A stretch of 64,000 bases of DNA from NCBI GenBank assembly GCA_002269645.1, contig NIVC01000059.1, positions 310,001 to 374,000 on the forward strand. Direction: 5' to 3'. The notes below the pieces were generated by a model, which did no database searches, was not told the origin of the DNA, and saw only the letters and a list, made by a program, of their open reading frames with translations. Position 1 is the first letter of the stretch; each line of letters starts with the position of its first letter. Below, in pieces: positions 22,503 to 34,335 of this stretch. Source of the DNA: Macrostomum lignano. Its lineage: Eukaryota. The translations under genes and the position numbers were made by a program.

Positions 22503-25500
22503 ATGAGCAGCGAACCCACTGACCAGCATGAGCTGAGCTCACCTGTCAAGCAGTTCTGCAGCTACACAAGTGCTCACGGACTGGGCAGATTCTCTGAGCA
22601 GTCCAGCTTCATCGGCAGGTCACTATGGCTCACTTTTCTGTTGGCTACCTACAGCGGGTTCGGCTACCACCTGTACACCCTGTTCGACAGGTACCAGCAG
22701 GCTCCAGTGTTACAAACGATAACGGTGTTCACTCTGCCGTATCAGTTCCCGGATGTGTACATCTGCCCGACTCACGCCGTCACCATGAGTAGAATTGTTC
22801 CAATGCTGTCGACATCGGATATTTACAATGTAGAGCTCGGCTCTAAGAGTAACACAAGCGAAAAAATCAAACTTTACGACTTTGATTTGTCTAAATCGGA
22901 AACTCTTTTTTTTAACAAGCCGACGCAGGCGTTTCTGTTTGCATTGGAGCAAACTGAATCAGCCGTGATGAGCCAACTGAAACTGCTAGTAAAGTGTAAG
23001 CTGCCTTGAAGGTTCTAAATTTATGTTTGCTTCCTTCTACAACCTGCGAACTTGTGTAGTTAAGCTTCACCTCGGGTCCTTCGAGATTTACTTAGCTTTA
23101 GAGATCGACCTGACACCTCCACGACTAAGCTTAGATATCCACTTGGCACCTGCAAGACTGTAAGCATCTAAAGACCCCCATAACCCCGGTAGAAGCTACA
23201 GTACTGAGACTAGAAGTCGGTTTATACATTGAATAACTCGTACTTACAGCTGCTTTTCTACGAGAGCGAACTCAGCAGTGACTATAAATTCTTGAAATTT
23301 ATTTTAAGCGATGTATTTCCAGCATTATAAATGCGTGAAAATATATTTTCCCGCAAAAATGCGAGTCAAAACAATTTTTTGCAGCAAAAAATAAAAGCTC
23401 CGACTGTAGGAGAAGTCTCGACGGAAGTAACTACCTTGGAAACGCAAGCTATGCAGTTGTCTATGGGCCATCTAGTATTACGATTGATCCTTCCGATTCA
23501 AAAACACTTGGAAACTATTCGATTAAGCCACCTGTACAGCCCTACGTGATCTACAAGCAGTGCATGCGATGGAATGATGCAGCACGCATGCTGCAGAGAG
23601 GAAGCTCGAATGCTGAAGTACTGGGTGGCTTGCTGATGAAACTCAACTTCTCAGAGACTGAGTCCAGGTGCCGCTCACCTCCGGGTTTGCCGCTGACAGA
23701 GTTTCTCCCAATTGCAACTCGTAAGTGACTGACTTAGCGAGTGAGTGACTGACTGACTGACGGACGGACTGACTGACTGACTGACTGACTGACTGACTGA
23801 CTGACTGACTGACTGACTGACTGAATGACTGACTGACTGACTGACTGACTGACTGACTGACTGACTGACTGACTGACTGACTGACTGACTGACTGACTGA
23901 CTGACTGACTGACTGACTGACTGACTGACTGACTGACTGACTGACTGACTGACTGACTGACTGACTGACTGACTGACTGACTGACTGACTGACTGACTGA
24001 CTGACTGACTGACTGACTGACTGACTGACTGACTGACTGACTGACTGACTAACTGACTGACTGACTGACTGACTGACTGACTGACTGACTGACTGACTGA
24101 CTGACTGACTGACTGACTGACTGACTGACTCTCTCACTCTTGAACTGACGCACTCCATGCGCTCACACAGGTCCCAGACGGGAAATAATTGGCTGCTTCC
24201 CAGTGACAGCGGACACGCTGAATGCTTTCAACATCACGTGCTACAGCGGAGGCCTGGAGGCCTTTGAGCCGTGCGCCCAGTGCTGCGACAAGTTCAACGC
24301 TCCGTTTGCAGCGCTGCTGAACCGCGGCGACTGCCTCTGCGGCAGCTCCGAGGCCGCTGCCACTCTGGCCGACGGGAGCTGGACCAGCTGCGACAGGCAG
24401 TGCGGCAACAGCAAAACGGAGCCATGCGGATCAGACAGGACCGCTGCTGTTATGATCATCCGGGATGTTGGTCTGTGTGCTGAATATACTCTAATTAATT
24501 AAGCTAATAATTTCTCCATCAGCTCTAATCCGTGACTTCTTTTAGAAGACAAACCAATGCATATTGGAAGGTTTGGTCAATTGGAAGCTTATTCAGGCGG
24601 ACCCTACTGCTTCTTCATGGCCTCTGAAAGACTAAACGCTGGCTTTTGCGACGTCCCTTACTGCAGTGAGTCAATGGTGTTGATTATACAGCCAAAGCAG
24701 TCGAAGAAGCTAGTATTCATTCCGTTCACTGAGACATCAATTTGGGGCTGGTGAAAGAAACTTCGGTAGCTTAGGCGATTCTCTGCGGGTGGCCTGTTGC
24801 GAACTATCTAACAAACTAACGCAGCACATTACAGCCGCTACTAAAGAGTTCGACTGCGCCGTGAGCAACAATGCCGGAGCGAATGTGGTGTACACTGGTC
24901 GGACGAACTGGACAGAGTCGGGCCGGGACTGTTTGCCTTGGAGTAGCGTGGAGAACGTGCAGATGAAGATGAAACTCAACCAAGGTTCGTGTGTTTCTGA
25001 ACTTTCTAATCTCTGCTAGGGAAAACAATTTCTTCAATTTTTTGTACTCGGTTGGAAACTAGCAAATCAAAAATGGCACTAACGAACTAGGGAAAGAAGC
25101 ATTTTGAAGGCCGATTGTTCAAGTGATTTGCTGGTGCTATTTTTGGTATCCGTTTTAGTTTCACACATAGGGAGTAAGACTATCTAGCTACGATCTTATT
25201 ATTGGGCTGTTAGGAAAGTTCTGTCCGTTTTGAGTAAAATAGGTTGGAGCGAGTTTTTATAGGAACGCAGCAGTGTTACTCAGTAAAATAATTGCCATCG
25301 CAATCGATGACCCTCTGCTAACGAGAGGGCAGACTTTGGAAGCCAGCTCTGTAGAAATCCTTGGGCTGTGATTCAAAAAAGTTAGTAATGCAGTCTTTGA
25401 CCCCTTTGTCATCTTCAAACGTTTTCTCTTTCAGATGATGGTGCAGCGCTCGAAAAAGATGGTAGTCTGTAGGGGCCAGATCGGGGCTGTAAGGTGGGTG

Positions 25501-28500
25501 GGGCAGCCCTTCCCAGCCCAGATCCAGCAGCTTTTGTCGGGTCAAATTGGCGGTGTGCGGCCGAGCGTTGTCATGAAGGAAGCGAACATGCTGACGCCCT
25601 GGACGCTGTGTGCGGAGGCAGTCGGCCACATTCTGCAGCTGGTTACAGTAGAGCTCGGCGGTGATGCTGGTGTTGGGCGGCAGCAGCTCGAAGTATACAA
25701 CTCCTTCACTGTCCCACCAACAGCAGAGCATCACCTTCTTAGGGTGCAGTGGGGCCTTTGGCTCTGGCTGTGGCGGCTTGCTGGCATCGACCCACTGGCG
25801 CTTGCGGTGTATATTAACGTACATCACCCACTTCTCATCACCAGTGAGTATTGAGGCCAGCCAGTCTGTTGTTCTCTTGTAGAAGAGCAGTGAGGTGCAA
25901 ATGTCTGCTCGGCTTTGACGGTCCCTGTCAGTCAGGTCATGGGGGGTCCACTGTCCGAGCTTGCTTTTCTTGCCCATGGCAGCCAGGTGTTCAGCGACTT
26001 GCACATGGGAGCACCCGAGAGTGGCTGCCAGCTCTCATGTAGTCTGGTGCGGATTGGCCTCCACAAGTGTCCGCAGCAGCTCAGTGTCTATCTCAGATGG
26101 GCGTCCAGGGCGAGGTTCGTCAGCAAGGCTGTAGTCGCCGCTGCGAAAGCGATCAAACCAACGACGGGCTGTGCGGTCAGAGACAGCATCCTGGCCAAAT
26201 GCACTGCACAGGCGTCGAGTCGATTCGGCTGCTGTAATACCTGCTAGAAAATCATATAGCATGCACTGCCTTAGAGCGATGCTGTTTAATTCAAAATTTC
26301 TGGCCATAATTGGGCGCTGAAAAGCAAATGACTTGGTTAGAATGACCACAACTCTGGCTGTATATGCATAACACAAGTATTGGATCCAACACAGCTTCAT
26401 GATCCTCTGCATAGAAAAATAAAAAAACGGACAGAACTTTCCTAACAGCACACACCCACTATCTTAAAACAGCAACTTTTCATTCGTCTGAATGGATGTT
26501 TTTAAATCAACATGCACGTGAAGTGAACCCAATGCGCCAATGCGCCGAACTATAGTTGATAAATATTGCATTTCAGGTGTTCGCTTTGTTGAAAAACTGC
26601 TGCGACTAAAGATTCAAACCCCCGACCGTATTGGGAACACCAGCGACAACTTTTGTCGTCCAGTGAGCATAGTCATTGACCTAGCGGAAACTGAGAACGG
26701 CACCTTCACGTGAGTTTCAGTAGCCTCATTTTTTGCAAGCAGCTGTAGAACGACTGCATCTCATTTTTAACATCACTTTCAGACGGCACCCAGTGTTAAT
26801 CTCCAATTCTCCCGTCTGCTTTGCCGATCCATCTCTGCTGCACACAATGTCGGTACCAATTTTTCAAACTCAGTTTTTTGAGATGGCATTCGAACGCTGC
26901 ACAATTCCTACTTGTTGTAAGTCGGAGCCTAAAAGTTGTTAAAACTATAAATTCTGAGCTTCACGCATTGCCTGTCGGCACAAAAATTCCAGCTGCTGAA
27001 ACCAGCGTCAGAGGCGTCTTCACTGACTCGGTCGGCAGCCACCTGCTCGCCAGGCAATTCAGCAACGACCTCAGCATCGGCCTGGCCGACTGCACCTTCG
27101 CTGGCCAGAAATGCACCAAGGAGCACTTCGTCAATATCGACCATCCGCAGCTGGGAATGTGCCACCAGTTTCTCAAGCAGAGCTTCATCGCCAACATGTC
27201 GAGCACCCAGCTAGCAGGGAGTCAGCTGTCAATAACGTACTTCACCGACTCCACAGACTCTAAAGGGAAAACAGTCGAGGGCATGCCCGAAATGACCAGT
27301 GCGTTTCATAACGGTATGAGCTTGGAGATCAGCGACCTGGCGTTCAAGGTAAGCGGTTTGTTTTTGATAGAGGAATCACAATCCGGATGTGAAAGTGCAC
27401 AATGAGATATCACTAGCGAATCAGTAAAGGCACACAAGGAAAGTTGCTCGAGGTGTAGTCATTAAAAATTTTTGCACCGAATCATAAAAATGACTGAAGT
27501 CAAAGACAAAAACACGCAAAACTGTACACTACAAACTCACAAGCGAGAGCAGATAACCCTAAGGCACAGATATTATATAGTATCTGTGCCCTGAGGTAAC
27601 AAAAAAGTTACATCCAGAAAGTCAATGCAGACTTGACTGAACCTACCTTGGAAAGACTTAGAAAGCATGTTTCTTTTATTTTGTGCCAAAATGCGAAACA
27701 TTTTTAAAAATTCAAATGAAATTGTCAAATGTCTCAAATGATTGTAAAATAAGAAGTCTAGTGCAGAAACCCCACGTAAATCCAAAACTATTACCACAAC
27801 CTTCCACTCCTAGGCGATCATTGTTCCGGAAGATTCGTTCCCCTGGTCGTCCAAGGGCATCGACGTGGCCGCCTCCCAACGCATGGACGTGCAGCTCAGG
27901 TTTGAAAGATACTCCAGACTCTCAACTGCATCGAGGCCGTGCCTAGAGACCACCGAGCCAATTGTATATCGACTGCCGTCATGGAAGAAATCCATGTCAA
28001 ACGAAGACCTAAAGTGGGTAACTTTCTTCAGTGAAATCAAATTTTCTTGAAAATTGCCTACGGCAAATTAAAGCAGAAGGTTTCAATGGCTCCTTTAAAC
28101 TGAATTAAACATTCATCAGAATGAAGGAAGCTGCAGAGTTGGTCGTCCACTCTGGGAATTGGTCTGAGATGATCAGAAGACTCCGGGCGATGCTGCTACT
28201 GCCGAACAGTTCAAGGTCAGTGCTTGAGAAATAATTGCGTGGAGCTTTAGCTAGCATCGAAGGTACGAGCGTAGAACAGATAAAAGTGCATGATATTCCA
28301 CTGGTCATAACTTAACGTTTATCCAGCGTTCTGACTGCCACTGAGCGACAGTTCAACGTCTCCGGTAGAGAGGATTGCATCAACTCGTACATTGTACAGC
28401 AGTTCATCGAAAACTGCAACTGTTTACCATCGATTCTGCCAGTCAAGGTGGACTTATTCGACCAGTACAGCTACTGTTTCGACGCCAAGGACATCGGCAA

Positions 28501-29361
28501 CTTGTCTATCGATCTTGAGACACGGTACAATGAGCAGGTATCGCGGATAAACCAGTACGAGTTTGAGGCGATGAAGCGCTGCCAGTCTCCGTGTCGCACA
28601 GACGGCTACAGTGTCCATTACGTCACTTATCCGTGGCCGAACCTGAAGACTGCCAGATCCACTCTGCTATTGCAGAAGCTTGCAAGCAACTACGGCTACC
28701 CAACCATCATTAGCGGACTTAGAGGTGTAGCCAATTTCTATCAAGCGTACTTGAAGTCACTTAGCCTCGCCGGGGTGCCTTTTGCCAATCAGAGCGCCAA
28801 GGACATTCTGAGCTTCGAAAAGGAGCTCGAGTCGCTGCAGAACCGCCTGGCCAGACTGACAGTTCAGGCGTGGACCTCCAGCAGTCAGGAGATCACCGAA
28901 GAGGAGGCCTACCCTACCAAGAATCTGGTTGCGGACATCGGAGGTAAATACTTGCGTACAATGTAGTCATTGAGCAGTTGATGTTTAAGTATAAGGCTTT
29001 GCTTGCGTGAATATGGGGACAGTTAAGTGCGGAGGATACTACTAGTGTGCATCGAGAATTTGCCAGTTTGTGAAAGGAATTTTCCTTTGAAGCCTTAACA
29101 CAGAGTAATTTAACTACGGCGTGGCTGGATTTGTAAATATTCACTGTTTGCACTGCACCATCAGGCGCCCTCGGCCTCTGGTCTGGCATCTCAATCCTAA
29201 CTCTGTGCGAGCTGCTCGAGCTGCTCATCTACATCAGCCGCGGGCTGGCCCGCAGACCTCAGCAGAATCCGAGTCGAGAGCGACAACAAACAGCAGCTGG
29301 TGGAGTCAGCCAGTTGGACCCAGAAGCAGTCGGCCTGGAGTCTGGCAAGATTGCGCTCTGA
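22503..29361 (+). CDS. DEG/ENaC (FaNaC-like) channel subunit with kringle[WSC]-kringle ectodomain insert, copy B (1035 aa)
   Basis: Exons 22503-22995, 23385-23720, 24171-24470, 24546-24665, 24775-24984, 26577-26662, 26724-26916, 26993-27348, 27814-28013, 28327-28943, 29165-29361. All GT-AG and in frame (3108 nt). TM2 LVADIGGALGLWSGISILTLCELLELLIY. Confidence 0.9.
23746..24130. repeat. (GACT)n microsatellite in channel B intron 2
   Basis: Inverted counterpart of 14868-15362, about 25 units shorter. Confidence 0.98.
25202..26449 (-). mobile_element. Mariner (DD34D) element, inactive, in channel B intron 5
   Basis: TA then TTGGGCTGTTAGGAAAGTTCTGTCCGTTTT; the inverse TIR at ~26424-26449 lacks its outer 4 bp. 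CDS 26307-25276 has WTPHDL, TGDEKW, HDNARPH, YSPDLAPTD and two nonsense codons (26037-26035, 25320-25318). Absent from copy A. Confidence 0.93.
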
Positions 29362-29584
29362 GATGTGCACCGCCGCTGGGAATAACTGCAGTCAAATACT
29401 CGAATCTTCGAGAGGGAGAATGAAGCTCCGTATGATCAAGTGATTATGTAGAAGAAAATTATTTGGAGAGAAAACGAGAAGTTCTGCTGCTTTTATGTAG
29501 CCTACTGCAGATGAGTTCGACTGTTGAGCCACCGTGACGCTTTTCAGAGTCAGAAACACTGGAGAAAAGTTTAAAAACACAAAC

Positions 29585-29845
29585 TCCATAGCACTGGAGA
29601 CATGTTTGGAGACATAAAGTCCATAGCACTGGAGACATGTTTGGAGGCATACCGGTAAAGTCCATAGCACTGGAGACATGTTTGGAGGCATACCGGTAAA
29701 GTCCATAGCTAGCTGCAGGGCTGTCCCGGAGGGGACACAGCGGGAAGGCGCGGGCGCCCATTCCGCTAAAAGTCCATGTAGCACTGGAGACAAGTTTGGA
29801 GGCATACCGGTAAAGTCCATAGCACTGGAGACAAGTTTGGAGGCA
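29585..29845. repeat. 41-bp minisatellite (GTCCATAGCACTGGAGACATGTTTGGAGGCATACCGGTAAA), ~5 copies, interrupted by a ~65-bp GC-rich insert
   Basis: Tandem copies visible downstream of the channel B stop codon. Confidence 0.88.
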
Positions 29846-30149
29846 CGACACCCCCAGACGGCCGATTTTCCTGCACAAGGTCCCAAATTACGGAATCAAA
29901 TCAGGGATAGAGGTGCGAGAGTCGGACGAGTCAAACAACTGCTCTGCTCTTTATATTATTATTTTAACTTATAGCTCGGCGTAAGCCAGTTGTGACGCTC
30001 TCTTGTCTTCTCTTGATAAGCTACGAGTAGAACCGGTTGGTTGTATTTGTTTATTCCATTCTTGATAATCGATAATCACAAAAAAGTTTTTAGTGGAGAT
30101 ACTGTCATGTGACTGCCGTCAATATGACTGCCACAAACTGACTGCTGAC

Positions 30150-30402
30150 AATATATGTTTTAGTTTAGGGGTTGCTTTTAGATTAGGGTTAATCGGTTTA
30201 GGGCTATATTGGCAGTCAATTTATGCCAGTCAAATCGCTGGCAGTGAAATGTCACCGATAGTCAAACCTCACTGACAGTTAAACGTCACTGACAGTCAAA
30301 CGTCACTGACAGTCAAATGTTACTGACAGTCAAATGTCACTGACAGTCAAATGTCACTGACAGTCAAATGTCACTGACAGTCAAATGTCACTGACATTCA
30401 AA
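30150..30402. repeat. TTAGGG-like tract plus 17-bp minisatellite (CACTGACAGTCAAATGT, ~8 copies); inverted relative of 9256-9760
   Basis: The unit and the flank TTGGCAGTCAAT match the reverse complement of the 9.3-9.7 kb element. Confidence 0.8.
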
Positions 30403-30724
30403 CTGATTACCATTGTAATTTTTATACTTCAACTTAAATCTAGTGGAATATGATTACTCAAAAAGACTGCAAAAAAAGAAAGTACTTTAACGTCAACATG
30501 ACCTTATTCATACTATTTCCGTCAAGTGAGGTGTGACAATATAAATTCAACGCTTAGAAAATTTGCTAAGCTTTTAGCGCCTTTGAGATTAACCGCGATT
30601 TTTAACCCCTAAGTGGTTTTTGAGCTTTAATACGAGCGTAATATTTACTTATGTAATTTTACAGTATATTTGTTTCATTTTTATACCCGCCTGTGCTTGA
30701 GCATTAATTAGCTATTAGCTCTGT

Positions 30725-30975
30725 TCCACAAAGAGGTGGAACACCTGACCCGGTTGCTACTCCAGAAGCTTCGTGTCTATGATTATTAACGAATTCCTGT
30801 GCGAGAAGTTAAATGAACAGCCCGGATTGAAAGTCCGTGAATCCGACAATCCTGTAATCATGTTACCCTTCGTTGGCTTGAGTTTAAAAAGAAGATTGAA
30901 AAAGTTATATTCCGAGGAAAACTCAGTGTTCAAATTCGTGTTGTTTATTTGCACTAAAAAGATTGCTAAATTTGT
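30725..30975 (+). mobile_element. Probable Penelope-like retroelement fragment (RT-to-GIY-YIG linker)
   Basis: VIMLPFVGLSLKRRLKKLY...FVLFICTKKIAKF resembles the LPY/FxG linker of PLEs; short and decayed. Confidence 0.45.
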
Positions 30976-31397
30976 GGTAGTTGCCATCAACTTTACTTTT
31001 TTAACCTGCTTGAATAACCCAGTCTGGACTCATTTGATCTATACCTTGCTTATCCACCCATGCAAACTCTTGTGCCCAGCCATGTACTCATGTACTTATT
31101 TTCAACTTCTAGCAAGGTCCCAAACCAACATTACATGCAAATGAACAATTTCGTTGTTTTAGTATATATGAATTCAATTAGGAATTAAATTCCTCCATCC
31201 TATCCAGGGCACCGTAAATCAATTTTTCTAGATTTTGGCAGGAAATATACAAGCCAGTCTCGTGCCGTGTAGTTGACAAAAAATTCTAAGATCTAAATTT
31301 ATTTCATCTTGCAAACAGCCTATTTAATGATGATATGAGCAGGGTCTGGTAGAATTACCAAACAAGGTCACGTGATGACAATTACTACGTACACAGT

Positions 31398-33040
31398 CAA
31401 CAACACAACAACAAAAACAACAAAGTACGCTGTCAGGTGACTTTGTACGTAGTGTACAAAGTCAGCGTCAGAGCCTGGGCGCGAACAAAGGCCGCACCAC
31501 TGGCAGAGTCCGGGGCGCCAGCGTGGGTCGGCAGGCAGTCGACGAAACGTCGAGTTCGGGCCTGGTCGCGCCGGTAGGGTGCCTGCAGCGTTAGCAGCAG
31601 CACCTCCTGCACCGGCTGCGGGCAGTAGGACTCGGCGCGGATGATGTGGCCTGCCAGCTGGAGTCGCCGAAGTCGCAGCAGTTAACTTGGACGGGCCAGG
31701 CCGGCGCGGCGATAGAGTGCCGCATTGGTGATCCGCTCGTCGCTGATCTTAAAGGCGGCACGCAGCAGGCCAGCGTGCGCCGCGTTGACTTGCTGTTCGA
31801 GCGAATTTGTCAGCGTCCAGGTCTCGGTGTTGTACAACAGGACGGTCTCGCCTGGAACAGCGCCGCCCTCTGGCGGTCAGGTAGGGCCTCGGACTGCAGG
31901 ACCGCCCTCACAGAGCGAAAGGCAGCCCAAGCGAGCCCGCGGCGACGCCGCAGATCTTCGCGGACGTCAGGTACCAGACCGCCGAGGTAGACGAACTGCT
32001 GACAGCGCGGAAGCTCCGTTACCTGCCCGCCAGCGCCTCGGCAGAAAATTGCGGCCTCGATGTCACCCGGCACGCAGAGCACAACGGTCTTCTTCGTGTT
32101 GACCACCAGGCCGACGCTCGCTGCAGCGCTAACTAGCTTGTCCAGCTGGCGCTGGGCGCCCTCTACGGTCGAGGACAGCAGGGCGAGGTCATCGGCGTAG
32201 CCAAACACGCTGAGCCGTTTCTCCGGTTGACGTCGACCCACGCGTCGCCGCAGTAGGAAGCCGTCTTCGTCGGTATGAATAGCAGTTCGTAGCACCCAGT
32301 CAAGCACCAGGACGAACAGGAACGGCGCTAGAGTGTCCCCCTGGAGCACCCCGGAGAATGTCTCGAAGGAGTCCGACAGGCCGTCCGGCGTCATCACAGC
32401 TGCTCTCGTAGCACAGTACAACGCCATAATGGCGGAGATCAGCTGTTCTGGTACATGATACGCTCGGAGCAGGGATCGCAGCCCTCGCAACCGAGTCGAA
32501 TGCCTTCATGAAGTCAATGAAGACAACAATCAGGTCCAACTGGCGCGTGCGCGCCTCCTCGATGATTCGGCGGAGAGCTAGGATCTGCGCCACTATGCCA
32601 CGGTGGGGCTAAAACCCGTTCTGCTCAGGTCGCAGGTAGGGATCCAGCACCGGTTGCAACCGTGATAGCAGCATCCGGTTGAACGACAGCACAGCACAGG
32701 ATTGCAGGCAGATGCCTCGGTGCTCGCGTCTAGTCGTGTAGTGCCCGGCTTCTTTGGAATGGCGATGATGTGCACCATGGTCCACTCGGTGGGTGCCATT
32801 TCACCTAAGAGCACGCGGTTCATCACACGGGCGACCTCACTGGCCACACAGTGGATGCGCAGCGCCTCGATGGGCACCTCGTCCAGACCCAGCGCCTTGC
32901 CGCCCGGCGTCTTCTGGGCAAGAATTACAACTTCAGCCATGGTGACTGGTGCAACGTTAAAACTGTCCTCAGACGGCAACGGCGTCTCTGGCGGCAGCGT
33001 CAGGATGTTGGGCAAGGATGTTGGGTACACATTCAGGTTC
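31398..33040 (-). mobile_element. 5'-truncated, frameshifted non-LTR retrotransposon (RTE-like reverse transcriptase)
   Basis: IAIPKKP, QILALRRIIE, FIDFMKAFDSV, GVLQGDTLAPFLF, GYADD and FVYLGG are spread over several frames; a (TTG)-rich tract lies at ~31398-31420. Confidence 0.92.
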
Positions 33041-33847
33041 TTCTAGAACTTTGCTAGACTGAAAGCCAACTAGAAACAGCACCATGGTAGATCGTAGCAA
33101 AACAAGGCCGGCTCATTGTTTAGACGTTTTCAGATTCTTTATTTGCATGTTTTACTCCAAAGTCATGCCGAAATTGCGATGTCTCGCCCCTTAATGGTTT
33201 TATTTCCGGTCCAGGGAAGCTTTAGTAGTCCCTAAAATTTCCTAACCCTCATAGACGGATGTTACATTCGGTCCTGCACTTTTGTGCCGCTCAGTTCCGT
33301 ATAGCTGCAAATTCTACACCGGGAGTGCATAACATAGCAAAGTGTAGAAAGATGAAAATGGCCATTTGTCTGGAGCTGGTTGCCCAATTAAAGCCGGAAG
33401 AACTGCATGAATCCAGGGAAATCAGTAATTAGGACTGCAACAGAGCCTTTTGGCTAAATTTTGCTGCAGCTTTAGGCCAGAATTGGGGCGCTTTCTGGAG
33501 TTCAAAACGTTACAAGCTTAAAGCTTCACCAGCAGGAAATTTACGAGTATGTTAGATCGTTTAAAAGCAAAGCATGGTCAGAGGCCGGTTTTCGCTACCA
33601 AATTCAGTAGCGAGACAAAAAGCTTTCAGATTTTAGCACCAAACTAGCAATCTAGTTATTCCCTTTGGGGCGGCCAATAAGCAAGGGAAGAAGATTATTC
33701 ACGTAAATTTCATTCGCCTTGACATCTCAGCATTTCCCCCAGTAAGCCTTGACATCTCAACAATTCCCTCAATAAGCCTTGAAATATCAGCATCCTTAAA
33801 TGGCAAGCATCCCTGGACATCCCTGAATTAGTATTAACTAATAGCAA

Positions 33848-34023
<176 letters not shown>

Positions 34024-34335
34024 CTTTGTTTGTTTGTTTGCTTTTGTCTGTGGGGCTGTCTGTGAGGGCTGTCTGTCGGGGACTCTGTCTGTGAGGGATG
34101 TGAGTGAGGGATGTGAGTGAGGGGTCTGATAGGATAGGAAAATACGAAATCAAAGCAGGCGACTGTCCTGGTTATACCTGCAGTTAGAGTTGGTGCCATC
34201 TACGATTTTATTGAAAATGAATATTATCGCATGGTTGCTTGCTAATTAAAATATTGTAAAATAATTTTTAACTTTTATAGATAAATAGCTCATATAATAC
34301 TCGTATGTCACTGGATCCACCAGCTGCAGAGCAGC

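Noticed and set aside
24738-24750. AG-to-GG change (TTTAGGG in A, TTTGGGG in B) as a broken splice acceptor in copy B
   Set aside because: That AG is out of phase; the in-frame acceptor at 24773-24774 is intact in both copies.
26663-26723. ORF-track peptide VSIVIDLAETENGTFT as coding, with a donor at 26710
   Set aside because: It would need an implausible ~30-bp intron and mismatched phase; the 61-bp intron 26663-26723 joins the frames in both copies.
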